A stretch of DNA of 64,000 nucleotides from positions 988 to 64,987 of the forward strand of contig CANQCR010000007.1 of assembly GCA_947589735.1 (NCBI GenBank), written 5' to 3'. Position numbers and translations under genes: made by a program. Every line of letters begins with the position of its first letter. The stretch's first letter is position 1. Below the pieces are notes generated by a model, which saw nothing but the letters and a program-made list of their open reading frames with translations, did not search any database and was not told where the DNA came from. Source of the DNA: an uncultured Bacilli bacterium (GTDB lineage Bacteria; Bacillota_I; Bacilli_A; RF39; UBA660). Shown piece by piece: positions 30,379-38,393 of this stretch.

Positions 30379-30731
30379 AATTGAAAAAATGTTTAAAATG
30401 TCATAGAATTGTCAAGATAATAAATGGTAGTTGCCCTATTATGTGTTGCAAAGAAGAAATGGTTGACGTTATAGCTAATAGTGTCGATGCTGCTTTTGAA
30501 AAGCATATTCCCCAATATGAAGTTATTGACGGAGAAATGCATATTAGTGTTAATCATGTTATGGAAGATGATCACTATATTGAATGGATTTTAGTTAAGT
30601 ATGCAGGTGGCAGTATTGAAAAATATTATCAGCCTGGTGATGAACCTACTTTAGTCGCTCCATATGAAAAAGGTGCTACTATCTATAGTTATTGTAATAA
30701 ACATGAATTATGGCAAAAAGAAGTAGAATAA
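30366..30731 (+). CDS. dfx: Desulfoferrodoxin (superoxide reductase)
   Basis: N-terminal CxxC…CC desulforedoxin-like centre (CLKCHRIV…IMCC). The EKHIP, H..ED.HYIEWI and CNKHELW motifs match the neelaredoxin iron site. Confidence 0.85.
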   Translation: MQELKLKKCLKCHRIVKIINGSCPIMCCKEEMVDVIANSVDAAFEKHIPQYEVIDGEMHISVNHVMEDDHYIEWILVKYAGGSIEKYYQPGDEPTLVAPYEKGATIYSYCNKHELWQKEVE

Positions 30732-30795
30732 AAAAGTTAAAAATCCTTTTTTATTCTTTTTTTTGACTGGCAATAAATGGTATAATAATAATTGA

Positions 30796-32787
<1,992 letters not shown>

Positions 32788-32818
32788 TATATTATATGTA
32801 GTATTTGGATGTGATTTA

Positions 32819-35014
32819 ATGCAAGAATGGAATGGTTTTAAAGGAACCAAATGGCAACAAGTAATTGATGTTGAGGATTTTATTTTAAATAATTATCAAG
32901 AATATACCGGTAGTTCGGATTTCTTAAAGGGAATTAGCAAGAAAACGACAAGATTATTGAGCCGTGTCTCTAAAATTCTTGGCAAGGAAGAAATTACGGG
33001 TATTTTGGATGTTGAAACATCAGCTTTAACGAGCATTGATGCTTTTGATCTTGGATATATTGATAAAAAAAATGAAGTTATCAGTGGTATTCAGACTGAT
33101 GATCCTTTAAAACAGGCTGTTAATACTCTTACATTGGATACCTCTCTTAATGTACTTAAAAATAATGGCTATCGTTTTGACCGTGAAGTGTTAGAACATT
33201 ATCGAGATTTTAATGATACGTACGAAGCAAGTCTTAATGAGGCCTACACTAAAGAAATTGCAAAGTTTAAAGAGGTTCACTTATTAGAGGGAATGCCTGA
33301 TACTTATGGTCGTGGTTTTATGATTGGCGATTATCGCCGGTTACCATTATATGGCCTTGATTATTTAATTGCTAAAAAAGAGCATGATTTAAATCGTTTA
33401 AGAAAAGATATCAATTATTCAATGATTCGAGCTCGTGAAGAGGTTATTAAACAGATAAAGTCCTTAAAAAAATTAAAATTGTTAGCATCAAGATATGGCT
33501 TTGATATCTCACGTCCAGCAAGTAATGCGAAAGAAGCTTTTCAATGGCTATATTTTGCTTATCTTGCCGTTAGTAAAGAAACGTGTGGAGCTTCTATGCC
33601 TATTGGCAATAATAGTGCATTTTTAGATATATACATTGCTAGAGATTTAGAATTAGGCATTTTAAATGAAGAAGAAGCCCAAGAATTAGTTGATCAATTT
33701 ATGTTAAAACTACGTTTAATCAGATGTGTTCGTAGTGATGATTTTAAAACAATTTTTATGGGTCAAAATACACTTGTTACTGAGACGATTGGTGGCGTTA
33801 ATAAGGAGCACTCAATTATAACTAAAACAGCTTATCGTTTCTTAAATACCATTGAGACATTAGGTGTTTATCCTACTCCAGCTTTTGCTATTTTATGGTC
33901 TGTTAAGATGCCTAATAATTTTAAAAGATATTTAGCTAAAGTAATGATGAAACATAATTGTTTACGATTTATTAATGCGGATAATCTAGGCAGTAGCAAT
34001 TATGCTACAAATGGTTTAGTAAGTACTTCAAAAATAGGTAAACAAATCGATTATTATGGCGGTAGTTTTAATCTTCCTAAGGCTTTGCTTTATGCCATTA
34101 ATGGGGGATGTGATGAGTTAACAGGCGAACTTGTTATCGATGGTGTAGAAAAATTAGATGGTGATGTTTTAGTTTATTCTAAGGTTGTTCGTAATTTCGC
34201 TATCGTCTTAAAAAAATTAATCACTATTTATGCGGATAATTTGAATATGATTCATTATATGCATGATAAATATGGCTATGAAAGTTCACTTATGGCATTT
34301 AATGATACTGTTGTTGAACGTTATATGACATTTAATATTGCTGGTTTTGCTACCCTTGTGGATTCTTTGTCAGCTATCCGGTTTGCTAAAGTAAAAGTTA
34401 ATCGTGATGAGAATGGTTTAAGCACCGATTTTACCATCACTGGTGATTTTCCACATTATGGAAATAATCTTGATGATGTCGATAAATTGGCTAGTGATAT
34501 TGCTAAACTTATCAATAGGGAATTATCCGGTCATCATTTGTATCGTAATGCTAATATTAAGCTTGGTTTTCAAAGCCTTGGCATGAGTATTAAGTATGGG
34601 TCAAATACCGGTTCAACACCAGATGGCCGTTTTAGGGGTAGTGCATATCCTTTTAACGCTGATCCTGTTGGTAATAAAAATACAAGGGGATTGCTTCGGA
34701 CTTTAAAAAGTGTAATGAAAATACCAAGTAAATTATGTAGTGGCGGTATTGCTACGACAGTCAATATTACCGCTTTAGCGCTTGGTAGTAAAAGAACGGA
34801 ACGTGCTGAAAATCTAATCAGTCTTTTAGATGGCTATTTTAAACAAAACGGTAGTGAACTTGAAATTAATATCATTGATAAAAAGACTATCCAGGATAAT
34901 GATAAGACAAAGGATATAGTGTTATGCGTTGGAGGAATTGTTACGCGTCAGAATGCTTTACCAGATACTTCAAAAGAATATTTACTTGACCTAACATATA
35001 ATACAAAATTATGA
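32819..35014 (+). CDS. Pyruvate formate-lyase (glycyl radical enzyme) homolog lacking the catalytic Cys-Cys; probable pseudoenzyme
   Basis: Collinear with PflB over the full length (YGRGFMIGDYRR, GKQIDYYGGSFNLPKALLYAINGG, HYMHDKYGYE, TGSTPDGR). ACCVSP is replaced by NGLVST, and RVSGY by CVGGI. Confidence 0.8.
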   Translation: MQEWNGFKGTKWQQVIDVEDFILNNYQEYTGSSDFLKGISKKTTRLLSRVSKILGKEEITGILDVETSALTSIDAFDLGYIDKKNEVISGIQTDDPLKQAVNTLTLDTSLNVLKNNGYRFDREVLEHYRDFNDTYEASLNEAYTKEIAKFKEVHLLEGMPDTYGRGFMIGDYRRLPLYGLDYLIAKKEHDLNRLRKDINYSMIRAREEVIKQIKSLKKLKLLASRYGFDISRPASNAKEAFQWLYFAYLAVSKETCGASMPIGNNSAFLDIYIARDLELGILNEEEAQELVDQFMLKLRLIRCVRSDDFKTIFMGQNTLVTETIGGVNKEHSIITKTAYRFLNTIETLGVYPTPAFAILWSVKMPNNFKRYLAKVMMKHNCLRFINADNLGSSNYATNGLVSTSKIGKQIDYYGGSFNLPKALLYAINGGCDELTGELVIDGVEKLDGDVLVYSKVVRNFAIVLKKLITIYADNLNMIHYMHDKYGYESSLMAFNDTVVERYMTFNIAGFATLVDSLSAIRFAKVKVNRDENGLSTDFTITGDFPHYGNNLDDVDKLASDIAKLINRELSGHHLYRNANIKLGFQSLGMSIKYGSNTGSTPDGRFRGSAYPFNADPVGNKNTRGLLRTLKSVMKIPSKLCSGGIATTVNITALALGSKRTERAENLISLLDGYFKQNGSELEINIIDKKTIQDNDKTKDIVLCVGGIVTRQNALPDTSKEYLLDLTYNTKL

Positions 35015-35556
35015 TAGGAAAAATTAGTTCAATTGATCCTATGTCTTTTAATAGTGGCCCAGGTATTAGATTTGTCATCATGGTGGATGAGGTTGAGAAT
35101 ATTACACTAACGCCACAAAATACGATTGATAGAATTAGAAAGTTTCGACCATATTTTGGGCCAGATGATGGAGGATTAACATTTAAAGGTAAAAATATTT
35201 TTCAAGAGATAGATTATATCAATGAGACTTGCCATATTGCTCATAAAGCTGGCATTACGACTTGTCTTATGACGAATGGACATAATTATGAGAAAAATCG
35301 TGTCCAATTTAGAGATATTGACTTTGTTATACTAGAAATTTCTAGTATACCGTTATATAATTATGGTAAGTTAGATGATAAAACATTTGACCGAATGGAA
35401 ATGTTAATTATGGACACATTAGCTAATGGTAAGAAAGTCTTTTTCTATCCTAGTCTTGATGGTGGTATCATTGATAAAGATGATTACGTTAGAAAATTAA
35501 AAAAATATGCCCATAGTTTTAGTTCAGAAATTGAAGTTAAAATAAGTGATACATAA
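35011..35556 (+). CDS. PFL-activating-enzyme homolog lacking the radical-SAM CX3CX2C motif; probable pseudoenzyme
   Basis: GPGIRF, GGLTFKG and GITTCLMTNG align to PflA. The cluster-binding segment (…GCLMRCLYCHN…) is replaced by IMVDEVENITLTPQN, with no Cys. The protein is only 181 aa. Its ATG overlaps the upstream TGA (ATGA). Confidence 0.75.
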   Translation: MIGKISSIDPMSFNSGPGIRFVIMVDEVENITLTPQNTIDRIRKFRPYFGPDDGGLTFKGKNIFQEIDYINETCHIAHKAGITTCLMTNGHNYEKNRVQFRDIDFVILEISSIPLYNYGKLDDKTFDRMEMLIMDTLANGKKVFFYPSLDGGIIDKDDYVRKLKKYAHSFSSEIEVKISDT

Positions 35557-35566
35557 AAAGGAGGAT

Positions 35567-36652
35567 ATGATGAAAAGGAAATATAAAATAATGGCTGCCA
35601 TTTATTTTGTTATTATGGCTCTTGTTCTTTTTCAAAGTGATAATGTTAAAATGTTTGCAACAGCCTTAGATTATATCGCTTGTGGTAGCGCTACAGGCAT
35701 ACCTAAACCTATTCCTCAAGTAATAACAATTGCTTATACACTTCTTATGGTTGGAGCACCGATCGTTTTGGTTGTATCATCAATTATGACTTTAATTAAG
35801 TCAATTGCTGATAGTGATCAAGAAAAAACAGTAAAAGCTAGGAATAATTTGTTTCGAAAAGCAGCTCTAGCGGTTTTAATATTTCTAACAGCGTCAATTG
35901 TACGTTTTGCTCTTGACAAAGTAGCTAGTACAGCCAGTGATAAAAGCACGCTTGCTAAATGTCTTAATTGCTTTGTTGCCTTTAATGGACGCGATTGCAA
36001 AAAATCTAGCAGTGGATCAGAAACAGAACAAGGAACGTATAATGAAACATATAGTAATGTTGCTCAAGCAGGTTTAGGAACAGGAAAACCTAAAGGAACG
36101 AGAACTATTTTGATAGGTGATTCAAGAACAGTTGGAATTTGTGGTATAGACTCATCTGCTGAAACATCTGTACAAAAATGCCGAGATGTTTTGGCAATTA
36201 GAAAAGGCGCAATGGGTTATTATTGGTTTAGAGATACTGCCGTACCAGCCGTTACCAAACAGCTTAATGAGCATCCGCAAACAGTTTATAATATTGTTAT
36301 TTTAATGGGAGCAAATGATTGTGGAAAAATTAAACATCATATGGCGGAAAGTAGAGCAAATTCATACATAGATAAATTAGAAGAATTGGCCGATGGTGAT
36401 TGGAAGAATCATAGTATTGTGTTTGTGTCAGTTGGTCCAATAAAAGTTGAAGCTACTGAATATATGGATAGGACTAGTCTCAACAAATTTAATTCAACAA
36501 TCGAAAAAAGAATAAAAGATAGTAAAAAAAGAAATCTTTTCTGGTGTGATATTCGTGATAAAGTTAATTGGGAATATGGTGACACAGTACACTACTCTAT
36601 ACCAAATGGTGTAAAGGCTCATTATGACGGAGTTATGAACTATTGTTTATAA
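35567..36652 (+). CDS. Paralog A: signal peptide plus two-helix membrane module plus Cys motif, fused to an SGNH/GDSL hydrolase domain
   Basis: AGGAGG at 35559-35564, ATG at 35567 or 35570. The N-module is shared with 36720-37169 and 37262-38341. C-terminal SGNH blocks: LIGDSRT (I), KGAMGY (II), LMGANDCG (III), GDTVHY (V). Confidence 0.8.
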   Translation: MMKRKYKIMAAIYFVIMALVLFQSDNVKMFATALDYIACGSATGIPKPIPQVITIAYTLLMVGAPIVLVVSSIMTLIKSIADSDQEKTVKARNNLFRKAALAVLIFLTASIVRFALDKVASTASDKSTLAKCLNCFVAFNGRDCKKSSSGSETEQGTYNETYSNVAQAGLGTGKPKGTRTILIGDSRTVGICGIDSSAETSVQKCRDVLAIRKGAMGYYWFRDTAVPAVTKQLNEHPQTVYNIVILMGANDCGKIKHHMAESRANSYIDKLEELADGDWKNHSIVFVSVGPIKVEATEYMDRTSLNKFNSTIEKRIKDSKKRNLFWCDIRDKVNWEYGDTVHYSIPNGVKAHYDGVMNYCL

Positions 36653-36676
36653 AAAGGTATATAATTATACCTTTTT
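36653..36676 (+). terminator. Rho-independent terminator after paralog A
   Basis: AAAGGTATA-taat-TATACCTTT followed by TT. A close copy of the module occurs after paralog C. Confidence 0.65.
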
Positions 36677-36677
36677 G

Positions 36678-36686
36678 TGTTATAAT
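36678..36686 (+). promoter_or_regulatory. Extended -10 promoter element TGTTATAAT for paralog B
   Basis: An exact TGnTATAAT match immediately after the terminator. It belongs to a terminator-promoter module also found at 38343-38378. Confidence 0.5.
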
Positions 36687-36719
36687 TGTATTAAGATATA
36701 GAATATGGTTGTGATTTAT

Positions 36720-37169
36720 ATGAAATATAATAGACTAACAAAAGTTGCCTTTATGCTATTTGCATTATTCATTTTATTAGCAGTAAAATCGAATGTTTAT
36801 GCACTTGATTATGTCGCTTGTGGTAGTGCAACAGGAATTCCTAAACCCCTTCCTCAAATGACAACGATTGCGTATACTTTCTTAATTGTTGGAGCTCCAG
36901 TTGTTCTTATCATATCGGCAGTGATAACTTTAATAAAAGCTAATGCTAGTGGAAATCCTGATAATATCTTAAAAGCTAAAGACAAATTGTTTAAGAAATT
37001 TATTCTAACAGGTTTTATTTTCCTAATTGCCGGTGTTGTACAATTTGCCATAACTAGAGTTACTAGTACAAATTCTGATAAAGCAACTGTTGGAAAATGT
37101 ATGAGTTGTTTTTTATATTTTTCTAATTGCAATGATTCAGATTCTGGTAATGATGTTTTTGATGGGTAA
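36720..37169 (+). CDS. Paralog B: N-terminal membrane module only (headless copy)
   Basis: VYALDYVACGSATGIPKPLPQ, two hydrophobic helices separated by KAKDKLFKKF, and CMSCFLYFSNC. It ends shortly after the Cys motif. Confidence 0.75.
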   Translation: MKYNRLTKVAFMLFALFILLAVKSNVYALDYVACGSATGIPKPLPQMTTIAYTFLIVGAPVVLIISAVITLIKANASGNPDNILKAKDKLFKKFILTGFIFLIAGVVQFAITRVTSTNSDKATVGKCMSCFLYFSNCNDSDSGNDVFDG

Positions 37170-37261
37170 TTTACAAAACTTTTTACTTATGATTATTATT
37201 TTTTTCATGATATTTAATTTGTATATTTTACAATTAGTTTTAATTATATAGTGTGGTGAAT

Positions 37262-38341
37262 ATGAGAAAAAAGAAAAATTTAACGTTTGGGGCATTTTTA
37301 GTTATATGTAGTGCTTTATTGATTTGTAATATTGATAACGTTTATGCTATTGACTATGTCGCTTGTGGTAGTGCAACAGGAATTCCAAAGCCTGTTCCAC
37401 AATTAATAACAATTTTATATACCATCCTTATGGTAGGAACACCTATTGTTCTTATCGTGTTTTCAATAATTACTTTGATAAAAGCAGTCTTAAGTGATAA
37501 TCCTGATAATGTTCTTAAAGCTAGAGGGAAATTGTTTAAAAAGTTTATTATTGCGGCAGTTATCTTTTTAACTTCTGGTCTTGTAAGGTTTGTTATAACA
37601 CGTGTAACAAGCAATAGTAAAGATACTAATACCGTTGGAGAATGTTTAAGTTGCTTCTTATATTTTGAAAATTGCGGAAAGTCAAACAGTGGAATTGAAG
37701 TTGAACAGGGAACTTATGGCGAAGCATATAGTAATGTAGCTTATGCAGGTGATGGTAGCGGTAATGCCTTAACACCAGAGCAAGTTGAGGAAGAACTTCG
37801 AAAAATGAAAAAAGCTCCAACTTATAGTGAATTGTTAGAGCTTGCTAAAAAGAATTATAAAATGGATGAATCTGTTTTTAAAATAGTATTTGGTTGGGCT
37901 ATTAATGAAGGTTATGATAGCGCAGTGAATCTTGAAGGTAAAGTTGATCATTATCTAGGATATTTGTGTGATTGTATAGGTATAAACTTATATATGGGTT
38001 TAGATAGTGTAAACTCTGCTTATACACTTGTTGAAGAAATCCGTGGTGGTGGCCCTAGAGACTTATATAATGTAGATCGTATATCAGCAAAGGCCGATGC
38101 TGCAATAAGTAATCCAAGTGATTATGCAGCACAATATAAAGGAATGTATTTGGCATTAAAATATCCTGATGAAAATGTACATAATTGTTACGGTCCAACG
38201 CAAAGCGAACAAAACTTCTATGCCAAAATGGGAGGAAAAGTATATTACCAAGGTAAGGCATATCCATCTGCTCCACATTATCCAATTCAAATATGGACAC
38301 AATGGTACACGGGAATAAAAAACTGGAAAAAAGACAAATAA
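37262..38341 (+). CDS. Paralog C: the same membrane module fused to an unrecognised C-terminal domain of about 190 aa
   Basis: VYAIDYVACGSATGIPKPVPQ, KARGKLFKKF loop, CLSCFLYFENC. The linker EQGTYGEAYSNVAYAG is shared with paralog A. I recognise no motif in the C-terminal domain. Confidence 0.75.
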   Translation: MRKKKNLTFGAFLVICSALLICNIDNVYAIDYVACGSATGIPKPVPQLITILYTILMVGTPIVLIVFSIITLIKAVLSDNPDNVLKARGKLFKKFIIAAVIFLTSGLVRFVITRVTSNSKDTNTVGECLSCFLYFENCGKSNSGIEVEQGTYGEAYSNVAYAGDGSGNALTPEQVEEELRKMKKAPTYSELLELAKKNYKMDESVFKIVFGWAINEGYDSAVNLEGKVDHYLGYLCDCIGINLYMGLDSVNSAYTLVEEIRGGGPRDLYNVDRISAKADAAISNPSDYAAQYKGMYLALKYPDENVHNCYGPTQSEQNFYAKMGGKVYYQGKAYPSAPHYPIQIWTQWYTGIKNWKKDK

Positions 38342-38342
38342 A

Positions 38343-38368
38343 AAAGGTATATTTTATATCTTTTTTTT
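38343..38368 (+). terminator. Terminator after paralog C (weaker copy of the 36653 hairpin)
   Basis: AGGTATA-ttt-TATATCT (one G.U pair) followed by T8. Confidence 0.5.
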
Positions 38369-38369
38369 A

Positions 38370-38378
38370 TGTTATAAT
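38370..38378 (+). promoter_or_regulatory. Extended -10 promoter element TGTTATAAT for nifJ
   Basis: An exact TGnTATAAT match, followed by GTGGTGAT and the ATG at 38394. Confidence 0.55.
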
Positions 38379-38393
38379 TGATGTGGTGATAAC

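Noticed and set aside
32819-35556. Annotating these genes as functional pyruvate formate-lyase and its activating enzyme
   Set aside because: The catalytic Cys-Cys, the canonical RVSGY loop and the activase CX3CX2C motif are all absent in the by-eye alignment. Only homology, not activity, can be claimed.
35567-38341. Interpretation of the pilin-like paralogs as part of a conjugative T4SS or ICE
   Set aside because: There is no relaxase, VirB4/VirD4 ATPase, integrase or other transfer gene within the window. The flanks are housekeeping genes (ligA, nifJ). Only the topology resembles VirB2/TrbC.
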